This document shows, piece by piece, positions 1 through 7,071 of a stretch of 18,780 nucleotides of DNA. The notes beneath the pieces are model-generated. The model was not told the origin of the DNA and did no database searches. It was given only the letters and a program-made list of their open reading frames with translations. Location: positions 1 through 18,780 of the IMG/VR virus record IMGVR_UViG_3300045988_003822. One strand, 5' to 3'. The DNA is from a virus. Within the stretch, counting starts at the first letter, position 1. Every line of letters starts with the position of its first letter. A program made the translations under genes and the position numbers.

Positions 1-239
1 AAAAAGGAGGGGAGGGGCCCCAGCAGCTAGCCTTTTTCCATAACTGCTCTATCCTGTGTTCTGCATTGCTGTTGCTTTGTGTTTTTTTGTATTGCCGTTG
101 CTCTCTGTGTTTTTCGTTTCCGCTCTGTGTGTGTTTATTTCTTTGCCTTGTTTTGTCTTCGTTTTTTTTGTGTGTTTTGGGTGTGTTGTTTTTTGTGGTG
201 TGGTATGATGTAGTTATCAGCCGGTAGGGAGGTAAATAA
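1..239. repeat. Left inverted terminal repeat (ITR-L) of a linear protein-primed genome
   Basis: 1-223 is the exact reverse complement of 18558-18780. Identity continues to 239/18542 with one mismatch (g224 pairs with t18557). It starts 5'-AAAAAGGAGGGGAGGGG (17-nt polypurine). Positions 60-203 are strongly G/T-rich on the top strand, with T-tracts and degenerate ~26-bp repeats (65-90 vs 91-116). Confidence 0.95.
201..209 (+). promoter_or_regulatory. Putative extended -10 promoter element (TGgTATGAT) inside ITR-L, reading inward
   Basis: tggtatgat at 201-209 fits TGnTATAAT (and TAnnnT). It lies 32 nt upstream of ATG 241, followed by SD GGGAGG at 227-232. I found no good -35 hexamer. This is motif matching only. 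Confidence 0.35.
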
Positions 240-240
240 A

Positions 241-558
241 ATGTCTTTTGTTGAAATCAATTTTCCAGATATTTGTGAATCTGATTCTGCGGAGTATGCG
301 TATCTCGCTAACGTGTATAACACTACGTATTCACACAATCAAAACGTTTTTGGTTCGCCTGATGAAAACAAGCTTGATGGGGTCATGTATGCCGCGTGGT
401 TGTTGATGGATGAATACTATACGCGCGGTGAATATGCCATGATTGGTGAGTGCCGCCGTCTGTTGACGAAACGTTGCCGTGCGGAACTTCACAGCGAACA
501 CAATAGAGAGTTTTGCACTGGATTCTACACGGTTGTTGATTCCGTTTTGTCCATCTGA
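241..558 (+). CDS. Hypothetical early protein (105 aa), left-end inward operon
   Basis: ATG 241 lies 8 nt after SD GGGAGG, which is itself part of the ITR. The ORF is AT-richer than the late genes. No motif recognised. Confidence 0.6.
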   Translation: MSFVEINFPDICESDSAEYAYLANVYNTTYSHNQNVFGSPDENKLDGVMYAAWLLMDEYYTRGEYAMIGECRRLLTKRCRAELHSEHNREFCTGFYTVVDSVLSI

Positions 559-587
559 TAGGCGGCTTCAGGAAAGGAAATAAAAAA

Positions 588-809
588 ATGAATAACGTTC
601 TCCTCCGTCAACTGACTGCATCAGAGTTCAGCCGTATAGATAATCCACTTACTAACAGTATCTTTGCGCATTATGCGCATACAGCAATGTCAACCGCCAA
701 TCTAGCTCGCATCTATAACTACATGATGGCGTTTAGTGTCAATCCTATGCATAGTGTTGAGCGACACTTGGATGTGCTCGCTAGAGCGGAACGTGCATAT
801 AATTTTTAA
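588..809 (+). CDS. Hypothetical early protein (73 aa)
   Basis: ATG 588 is preceded by AGGAAAGGAA. It ends 10 nt before the palindromic terminator. No motif recognised. Confidence 0.55.
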   Translation: MNNVLLRQLTASEFSRIDNPLTNSIFAHYAHTAMSTANLARIYNYMMAFSVNPMHSVERHLDVLARAERAYNF

Positions 810-818
810 TAACAAATA

Positions 819-844
819 AGCCCCTAGGTTAACCTAGGGGCTTT
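819..844. terminator. Bidirectional hairpin between convergent transcription units
   Basis: A perfect 26-bp palindrome, aagcccctaggtt/aacctaggggctt. It has an A-rich 5' flank and T-rich 3' flank on the + strand. It sits between the stop at 809 (+) and the stop at 855 (-). Confidence 0.8.
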
Positions 845-854
845 CTTATGTCTG

Positions 855-1745
855 TTACTGCTGTTTGTCTGTTACTGTGATTTGCAGACTATCGAGCTTG
901 GCTTTTACGGCGTCTTGTACGGTTTTGGCGATTGTGTCGGGGTTAGCTCCCATGGATTCGGACAGTGCTTTTACTGCCGCTGTGAGCGCGGTCACTTGCG
1001 CCGTCAACGCCGGTAGCATGGTGTCATGCATTCGGATTACGTCGCTGGTCGCGTCGCTTACGATGTCTCGCGCGTATCTTCCGTTGGGGAGCTTGTGCAT
1101 CCATTGTCCGCCGACTAGTCCGGTGTCGTGCATTCTGATGACGTCGCTTGTTGCGTCGCTGATAATATCGCGTGCGGGCCGTCCGTTGGGGAGCTTGTGT
1201 GTCCAAAATCTCATGATGTCTTCATCGGTCAGTGCCATTTCGTCGTCTCCTTCTAGGATTTGGTTTGCTTTATTGATGACGTAGTTTACGTCAAGTCCGT
1301 TTGGTACGAGGTCTGGACATGCGGCATGGTCTGTTCCGGGGATTTCGCGGTGTAGCCATATGTTTCCGTTGAGTCCGTCATGCCAGAGGCGTGTCCATCC
1401 TTGGCGTCGGGCTATGTCGGCGCATAGGCGTGCGGAAGAGTTCATGCATGCTTGTGTGCAGACTGCGCCGTTGGCCATGCCTCCTTCGTGTTCGATGCTG
1501 ATTGTGGAATTGTTTGACATGTAGTTAGCGTCGCTATAACTGCCGTCGTTTTCACTCACGTACTGGTGGATGGTTCCGTCTGCGCCTATGCCGTAGTGTG
1601 CGCTTGCTTGCGTGTTGGCGTTTTGAAATGTACTGTCCGTACCTGACAGATATCCGACCATGATGTGTAATGTGATGTGTGTTATCTCGTATCCGTTGCG
1701 CCCGTTGTAATGGTTTGGTGAGCCTACCCATGTGATACCGTCCAT
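855..1745 (-). CDS. Endolysin: N-acetylmuramoyl-L-alanine amidase (Amidase_2/PGRP-type) with tandem-repeat and coiled-coil C-terminus
   Basis: The N-terminal ~165 aa have the Amidase_2 pattern (ITHITLH..., HYGIGADG, SISIEHEG, ...HREIPGTDHAACP). Two 28-aa repeats follow at a 34-aa period (WxHKLPNGRxARDIxSDATSDVIRMHDT), then an Ala/Leu-rich helical tail. The ATG overlaps the holin stop (TAATG) and follows SD GGGAGAA. Confidence 0.85.
   Translation of the reverse strand: MDGITWVGSPNHYNGRNGYEITHITLHIMVGYLSGTDSTFQNANTQASAHYGIGADGTIHQYVSENDGSYSDANYMSNNSTISIEHEGGMANGAVCTQACMNSSARLCADIARRQGWTRLWHDGLNGNIWLHREIPGTDHAACPDLVPNGLDVNYVINKANQILEGDDEMALTDEDIMRFWTHKLPNGRPARDIISDATSDVIRMHDTGLVGGQWMHKLPNGRYARDIVSDATSDVIRMHDTMLPALTAQVTALTAAVKALSESMGANPDTIAKTVQDAVKAKLDSLQITVTDKQQ
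1020..1205 (-). repeat. Intragenic tandem repeat (two ~84-nt units, 102-nt period) encoding the endolysin repeat module
   Basis: 1122-1205 and 1020-1103 encode near-identical 28-aa units. The similarity is visible at nucleotide level (...ccgttggggagcttgtg... occurs in both). Confidence 0.85.
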
Positions 1746-2107
1746 TATTCTCCCTTATGCTTGCCGTTTGTGGATTGGGCGAAGATTTGCATGAATGGCG
1801 CGTTTTTTAATTCGGGATTAATTTCGGTGATGTTTTCGAGGATTGACGTGAGTTCGATAAGGCATATCCCACCGACCGTGCAGACGAATACGGACACTGG
1901 TAGTCCCAAATCGATATGCCGGTTCACTTCATCGATAAACCATGCCACTAGCGTGAGCACGAAATATGCGAACTTGTGTCCTAGTCCCTCCCGCATTTTT
2001 CTTGAGCTGAGATTATCTTGCATGATTGCTTTTGTCACGCCCGTAACGTAGTCGGTGGTGATGAAGAACGTGACTGCTATGGTGCACCATATATCTGCTT
2101 GCGTCAT
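1745..2107 (-). CDS. Holin (Phage_holin_4_1-like)
   Basis: About 120 aa with hydrophobic helices (IWCTIAVTFFITTDYVTGV, FAYFVLTLVAWFI, VSVFVCTVGGICLIELTSIL). It has the DY.TG...SS.K..EG..HK signature and sits directly upstream of the endolysin. I prefer the ATG at 2107. The track start at 2119 is a GTG overlapping the ATPase stop (GTGA). Confidence 0.8.
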   Translation of the reverse strand: MTQADIWCTIAVTFFITTDYVTGVTKAIMQDNLSSRKMREGLGHKFAYFVLTLVAWFIDEVNRHIDLGLPVSVFVCTVGGICLIELTSILENITEINPELKNAPFMQIFAQSTNGKHKGE

Positions 2108-2115
2108 TATTATTC

Positions 2116-3219
2116 TCACTTTCTTATACCTGATTGCTGTAATAAGCCGCCAAGAATCATACCGAACTCCGCCTTGATTTGCGGAGTCTCGAATCGTAAT
2201 CTACCGACGCGATAGGCGTTCAATATTTTTTGCGTCATGTCGTCCGAACGTTTGAGCATTATGCAATCATTATCGACCAGTCGGTAGTCAAATGTAAAAT
2301 TCCTTGTGATTTTAGGCTGTTTTTTTGTGATGATATACAATACTTCGTCCGTATCGCTTAGTTGCTGATAAACGTTGAAAATACCGTATTCGGTGGTTCT
2401 TAACGTGAATGCATAACCGGCGTTATTAAAATCACTAATGAGAGTATTGGCGTTATCCCTAAAATCGTTATTGATCGCATAATTCGCATAATTCTCGTCG
2501 TATTTGCGCAAAAACTGTCCGAATTTGGATATGGCAACCTTGGCGCTGAAACCGCCGTAGTCAGCCAGTTCCACCATGATGAACCCGTCACAATATCGCT
2601 GATATTGCGTGCGATTATCTAACTGCGGTTTCAAGTTGATATTGAACGCTGAAAAATACGGATTGGCGAGGGTCACGGCATTGCTGCACATGATAACGCG
2701 AACCCTATCGTTCCAACGGTCTACCGTGTTGTAAAATTCCTCAAGCGCCGTGACCTCCCCCGCGAGATACCGCATATTATCGGGGAATATTTCGTCAAAG
2801 ATAATGGTGCGTACTCTGGGGTAGGCGACTGACTTCACCTGTCCAGCTTGTGATAGGGCGATGAAGTATCCCATGATATGCCATGTCGGACGTGTCTTGC
2901 CATGCTTGTCTGCGGTGGCGTCATGGTCATCCAGCCAGTGACATTCGGCCTGATTGCCGGATACTCTAAACTCTAGTTCTGGATATTGCTCTGCGATATC
3001 GGCAAACCAAGTGCCCTTATTTTTCTGTTCCTCTGCCGTCCGGCGCAGATAGATGAATTGCCATCGTTTCTTAATCCAGTCACCTATGACCAATTTCTTA
3101 GCTCCATAAGTCTTGCCGAGGCCGCGCGCTCCGATTATGAACATCCAAGGACTATGATAGGACAATACCCTACCATAGTCATAATAATCATTCTCGTTAA
3201 GCACGTTGACGTCACCCAT
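2116..3219 (-). CDS. DNA encapsidation (packaging) ATPase, phi29 gp16-like
   Basis: Walker A is IIGARGLGKTY and Walker B is RTIIFDEI. Collinear by-eye matches to remembered phi29 gp16 include FVIGARGIGKSY, QFIYVRR, STIVFDEF and RVRCICLSNAVSVVNPYF. Confidence 0.9.
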   Translation of the reverse strand: MGDVNVLNENDYYDYGRVLSYHSPWMFIIGARGLGKTYGAKKLVIGDWIKKRWQFIYLRRTAEEQKNKGTWFADIAEQYPELEFRVSGNQAECHWLDDHDATADKHGKTRPTWHIMGYFIALSQAGQVKSVAYPRVRTIIFDEIFPDNMRYLAGEVTALEEFYNTVDRWNDRVRVIMCSNAVTLANPYFSAFNINLKPQLDNRTQYQRYCDGFIMVELADYGGFSAKVAISKFGQFLRKYDENYANYAINNDFRDNANTLISDFNNAGYAFTLRTTEYGIFNVYQQLSDTDEVLYIITKKQPKITRNFTFDYRLVDNDCIMLKRSDDMTQKILNAYRVGRLRFETPQIKAEFGMILGGLLQQSGIRK

Positions 3220-3240
3220 GCGTCCAGTATAGCACGCCTA

Positions 3241-4476
3241 TCAGAAGTTCGGCGGCGCACTCTTTCCATCCCATACGTTCAGCAAGCTATAGGCGGTCTG
3301 ATATCGCGTGCCATACGGGCCGAACGGTGATGTGGCCAGAATGTTGTCACGCAATCCCGCAAGCGTGGTTGCGACTGGCACATTCAGCGCGCCTGCGGGA
3401 GATTGATGGTATGCGCAGACCCATAGGATTTGCATTTTCGCGTCGTCGTATTTTTGCGGATATCCTTCGTAGTCCTTGGCGAACTGGGCGCGTTGCCCCG
3501 GATGGGATTGAGCGCGTTGCGCCCACGTCTGGAACGCCGCAACCTCGCTGCCGGTCATCGCCCTATCGAACGTGCCGCCTGAGTCCATAAGCGCGGCAAT
3601 GTCCGGGGCGGCGGCGGCGAACGTCCGATATCCATCGGCGTCCGCCGTTTTCATCGAATTCAATACTTGCAGACGGCGTCCGAAACTCCATTGCGCGATA
3701 CCGATACCTTGACGGTTAGACTCTACCGCATCCCATTGCAATGATGATTCAACCGTGCCCACCACATAAAGCGCATAACTTGACTCACCATCGCCCACGC
3801 TGGGAGATGATTGGCCTCCGTCCCCATCTGGCGCACCCGTGCCGGACGCGCCGCGATATATCCAATTCTGCGCGGTCGTCTTGACGAACAACGCCGACTT
3901 GCCGCCATTGCCAGAACCGTAATGATATATCAAATTATCGCCCTGTTGTTGTATCCATGAGGACGAACCGCCCGGCACGTCCGAACCTTGGTTGTCCCCG
4001 CCTGTGGGATTCCCTCCGTTCGGATTATTCGGAGTCGTACCGCCCGGCTGTAGGACCTTGGGATGCAGGTAGCCGAGCAGCTGCGAACCTTTGAGGAGCG
4101 GTAAGGTTTGATGGACTGCGGGAGTGGGGTTTTGCGTCAGGACGTCGATGTTATCACCCGTGACGCCATTCCATACGATTGCGACATGGGAGCCTGTATA
4201 AATCTGGCTACCATACGTCCAAAACACCACGTCACCCTTAACCGGCGTATAATTGGCGTCCATTTTCTCATACACGTTGCTGAGTGCGGCAGTATAGGGG
4301 AAGCGCGTATAGCATCCTTCGGCATAGCCGGTGGGTGTGATGCAGTCCTGTACGCTCAGACCATACATGTCCATGCTGTACTTGGCCCACAGGTCCCAAC
4401 ATTGCGCACCGTATGCGCCATCCATATCCCAGTACCGGTTTTCGGTCTGCGTAAACCATTCATCAAGTGTCGGCAT
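3241..4476 (-). CDS. Virion-associated peptidoglycan hydrolase (tail lysin): N-terminal CHAP, Gly-rich linker, C-terminal lysozyme-like domain
   Basis: CHAP signature: AYGAQCWDL (Cys) and GSHVAIVW (His). A G/N/P/S-rich linker follows. The C-terminal ...VESS...GIGIAQWSFGRR... resembles the phage tail lysozyme family. The position matches phi29 gp13. I prefer ATG 4476, because the track start 4494 is a GTG inside the upstream hairpin. Confidence 0.75.
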   Translation of the reverse strand: MPTLDEWFTQTENRYWDMDGAYGAQCWDLWAKYSMDMYGLSVQDCITPTGYAEGCYTRFPYTAALSNVYEKMDANYTPVKGDVVFWTYGSQIYTGSHVAIVWNGVTGDNIDVLTQNPTPAVHQTLPLLKGSQLLGYLHPKVLQPGGTTPNNPNGGNPTGGDNQGSDVPGGSSSWIQQQGDNLIYHYGSGNGGKSALFVKTTAQNWIYRGASGTGAPDGDGGQSSPSVGDGESSYALYVVGTVESSLQWDAVESNRQGIGIAQWSFGRRLQVLNSMKTADADGYRTFAAAAPDIAALMDSGGTFDRAMTGSEVAAFQTWAQRAQSHPGQRAQFAKDYEGYPQKYDDAKMQILWVCAYHQSPAGALNVPVATTLAGLRDNILATSPFGPYGTRYQTAYSLLNVWDGKSAPPNF

Positions 4477-4485
4477 GATACCAGT

Positions 4486-4513
4486 ATACCCCACTGCACA
4501 GGCAGTGGGGTAT
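4486..4513 (-). terminator. Strong intergenic hairpin (attenuator or RNA-stability element) between the fibre gene and the tail lysin gene
   Basis: A 12-bp stem, ataccccactgc / gcagtggggtat, with a 4-nt loop. There is no U-tract on the - strand. It ends 9 nt before ATG 4476. Confidence 0.5.
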
Positions 4514-4540
4514 TAATCCATGTTTCGCGTGGGCCAGTCG

Positions 4541-5992
4541 TCAGTTGCCGCAGATGGGAACGAACGACTGGGGCGTAATCCAGCAATTATCGGACAACGC
4601 GCCACCGCCGACCAGTCCGGTCATCCGGAGGTCCCCGCCATCCAAGTGGGCAAAAGCCATTTTACTGCCCGAATTACCGAGAATCATCACGAAGTTATCA
4701 CCCAATGCGATGAATCGCGGCAGTGTGGCAATGGTGCCATTCACGTTGCTGGCAGTGAACTTCGCGGTAAGCGTCACCACGCCGCCCGCAAACCGCCAAT
4801 ACAACTTGCCAGAACATCCGCCTTTCATGGCAACCTCACCGGCGGCTTCTCCGCACGGCTCCCCGTATCCAGCGATTGCCCACACGCAAGCCTTGGCGAT
4901 GTTGTTCTGACCGTCGTCGTTATAATGAATATCGGTGCCGTTATAGAACCAATCGGAGTGACCCATGCCTAGGGTCCACATCCATGGGTGCCACACAAAA
5001 CCATTGGCGTGGCATGCGTATTCGATGCTGGTCATGGCTTGCGCGTTCATCCACGGGATTATGGCGTTATCCCAGAGGAAAATCATGTGGAAGGCCGCGT
5101 TCGGGAATGGACGGTCAGCCTTTTGCGTTCCGGCAAGCGTGTCGAAACATGTCGTCGCCGCCGCTTGGACAATGCCGGTATCATTGCGTCCGCCGCACAC
5201 CACGACATACTTGGTCTTCTTCTTGATGTCTTCGGACAGTCCGGCGATGGCTTCGTTGGCAAGGGTCTGGAATGTCTTGCCGCCATCCCCCGTTTTCACG
5301 AAGCCGGACGCATTGTTTGCATACAGATGCAGGTTCAATCCAAGGTATGCCGCCACACGCTGCGGGATACGGTGATTTTCCGGAATACTGCCGGACGGCT
5401 GATAGCCGGTCGAATAGCTATCACCAATCCACACAAGTTCCGTGAGTTCGGTGGTGACTGCCGCAACCGCGTTCGCTGTGTTCTGCGCGGTTGCCGCCGT
5501 ACCTTTCGCCGCATTGGCGTTATTATTCGCCGTGGTGGCGGTGGAATTGATACTTGCCGCCGTACCGGAATATCCGCCAAGCTGTAAGTATCGCCCATCC
5601 GCCTGAGTTTTGGTGTACACGTCGTTGGCGTCCGCCTTGCCTGCAAGGGCACTGGCGTCGGCCTTGCCGTTGATGGTGGTCAGTAGGTTCTGCGCCGTGA
5701 CTGCGGAAGTGACGCCAAGCTCGGAGAAGTAGCCGTCCAGCTCGGCAATATCGGCCTTATTGGTCTGCGCAAGCTCCGCCGCGGTGTCGGCAGACTCTTT
5801 CGCAGCATCCGCCGCCGTCTTTGCGTTGTTCGCCGCTGCGGTCGCCGTGGTGATATTGGTGGCGTTGGCGTACATCTGATTATCGATTTTCGTCATGGCG
5901 TCGGTGAAATCGCCACGCCATGATGGCCTATCATTCGGATTGTCGCCAAATGTCGGCAGATTGTAGTGTCCGGTATGCTGTGTGGTAGACAT
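4541..5992 (-). CDS. Tail fibre/appendage protein with Ala-rich stalk, SGNH/GDSL-type esterase domain and C-terminal beta-rich domain
   Basis: Preferred start is ATG 5992 (MSTTQHTGHYNLPTF...), after AGGAAAGGGAG. The N-terminal motif is shared with the next fibre. It has the fibre motif VYTKTQADGRYL. SGNH blocks: VWIGDSYSTG (I), NNASGF (II), VVCGGRND (III), GTDIHYNDDG (V-like). Confidence 0.75.
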   Translation of the reverse strand: MSTTQHTGHYNLPTFGDNPNDRPSWRGDFTDAMTKIDNQMYANATNITTATAAANNAKTAADAAKESADTAAELAQTNKADIAELDGYFSELGVTSAVTAQNLLTTINGKADASALAGKADANDVYTKTQADGRYLQLGGYSGTAASINSTATTANNNANAAKGTAATAQNTANAVAAVTTELTELVWIGDSYSTGYQPSGSIPENHRIPQRVAAYLGLNLHLYANNASGFVKTGDGGKTFQTLANEAIAGLSEDIKKKTKYVVVCGGRNDTGIVQAAATTCFDTLAGTQKADRPFPNAAFHMIFLWDNAIIPWMNAQAMTSIEYACHANGFVWHPWMWTLGMGHSDWFYNGTDIHYNDDGQNNIAKACVWAIAGYGEPCGEAAGEVAMKGGCSGKLYWRFAGGVVTLTAKFTASNVNGTIATLPRFIALGDNFVMILGNSGSKMAFAHLDGGDLRMTGLVGGGALSDNCWITPQSFVPICGN

Positions 5993-6008
5993 TGTTATTC
6001 TCCCTTTC

Positions 6009-6428
6009 CTAGCCTTTAGCGCTACCAACGCGAACGATGCCGTTCGCGTCCTTGTACATCGAATCAAGTTCGTTCGCCGTCAATCCGAGCGTGCCGGGCT
6101 GCGAAGCGGTTTTATCGACCTTACCCGCAAGCCCCGAGGTGAGGGCGGAGGTGGTGGCGAATCCGCTCACGTCCGGGATATCGGTTTTCTTGGCGATGGT
6201 ACTCGCCACGCCCAGCGGCGAACCGGACGTACCGTTGCCGGTAAGGTCGGCGGTATGGTGTACTGAGGTGAGACCGCCTGCTGTTGCCGACGCGATGTCG
6301 TCCGCGTTCCGCTTCAGCTGCGCGTCGATTTTCGACATATCGCTGTTGTAATCTCCGAGCCACGTCGGGCGGTCGGTGCCGACGAACTGGCTGAGTTCGT
6401 AATTCACTGTCTTGTTTGTTGCGGTCAT
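6009..6428 (-). CDS. Short tail fibre protein (139 aa), N-terminal paralogue of the SGNH fibre
   Basis: Preferred start is ATG 6428 (MTATNKTVNYELSQFVGTDRPTWLGDYNSDMSKIDAQL). The N-terminus parallels HYNLPTFGDNPNDRPSWRGDFTDAMTKIDNQM in the neighbouring gene. The track's 5' extension overlaps the upstream gene. Confidence 0.65.
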   Translation of the reverse strand: MTATNKTVNYELSQFVGTDRPTWLGDYNSDMSKIDAQLKRNADDIASATAGGLTSVHHTADLTGNGTSGSPLGVASTIAKKTDIPDVSGFATTSALTSGLAGKVDKTASQPGTLGLTANELDSMYKDANGIVRVGSAKG

Positions 6429-6433
6429 GATAA

Positions 6434-7069
6434 TTATCCTTTCTTGTCGAAATTGTTTGCAGTTGGATTGCGTTCGACATAGCGTGCATCCGCTTCTGAT
6501 TGCGTAATGTACGCCATGTCGGCAGGTGGATTCTCGGGCATACTCTTGCCGTAGGGGAACTGTGAGCGTCCGGGAAAGTCGCCGGGCACGCAATTATCCA
6601 CGGCGGTGGCACGCAAATCGTACTCGCGTGCGCCGAGGGTAAGCCCATCGTATTCCTGCGCGGTCAATTGCATGCCGTCATAATCACCCCAGAACAGCCC
6701 ATGATTGCGCAAATTATCATACATGCCGCCCAGCACGTCCCCGAGCGGCTGCGTAGTACCGTATACTGGGGATGTTGCCGTGCCCTGCTGTTCCATTTCA
6801 TGAATCAGGGCCAGCATTTCCGCGCGCAACGAAGCCATTTCCTTATTAAGCTGCGTTACGGTATCCGCGAGGGCCTTATCTACGGATGCCGCGAGGTCGG
6901 TGGTGGACTCCTCTAGTTTGTTCAGGTCGCATTGGATGATGTCGAGATTATGGCGCAGGCATTCGATTAACTGTAGCGTCGTCAATCCGTCCCTATAGGT
7001 GAACGGAACGGACGTAGGCACCCCGTCGAACAAGCGTTGCCGTGGAATCAGTGCATTAATGGCACTCAT
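6434..7069 (-). CDS. Putative appendage/fibre-associated structural protein with central coiled coil
   Basis: Preferred start is ATG 7069 (MSAINAL...), 5 nt after GGGAG and 3 nt after the lower-collar stop. It has a heptad-like central segment and the fibre motif AYITQSEADARYVE. It lies between the collar and fibre genes. No precise family recognised. Confidence 0.45.
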   Translation of the reverse strand: MSAINALIPRQRLFDGVPTSVPFTYRDGLTTLQLIECLRHNLDIIQCDLNKLEESTTDLAASVDKALADTVTQLNKEMASLRAEMLALIHEMEQQGTATSPVYGTTQPLGDVLGGMYDNLRNHGLFWGDYDGMQLTAQEYDGLTLGAREYDLRATAVDNCVPGDFPGRSQFPYGKSMPENPPADMAYITQSEADARYVERNPTANNFDKKG

Positions 7070-7071
7070 AA

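Noticed and set aside
1-239. ITRs as the ends of a transposon or IS element, or as a CRISPR-like repeat array
   Set aside because: There is no transposase or cas gene and no target-site duplication context. The repeats sit at the physical ends of a unit encoding a protein-primed polymerase. The internal GT-rich repeats are degenerate and have no spacers.
1-239. ITR region as the location of a phi29-style pRNA gene (phi29 encodes its pRNA near the left end)
   Set aside because: The sequence is G/T-only on one strand and C/A-only on the other, so neither transcript could form the helices a pRNA needs.
5993-6067. 5' extensions of track ORFs (to 6067, 6593, 7081, 11186, 16047, 4494, 2119, 13365)
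   Set aside because: The extensions overlap the preceding gene or a hairpin and lack an SD. Internal ATG or GTG codons with good SD spacing sit right after the upstream stop, so I used shorter gene models. These starts are unverified.
6121-6648. A 175-aa - strand ORF in another frame, overlapping two fibre-region genes; similar alternative-frame ORFs at 5335-5652, 17578-17826 and 16860-17201
   Set aside because: They overlap better-supported genes on the same strand, are Arg/Pro-rich, and would break the tight head-to-tail gene packing.
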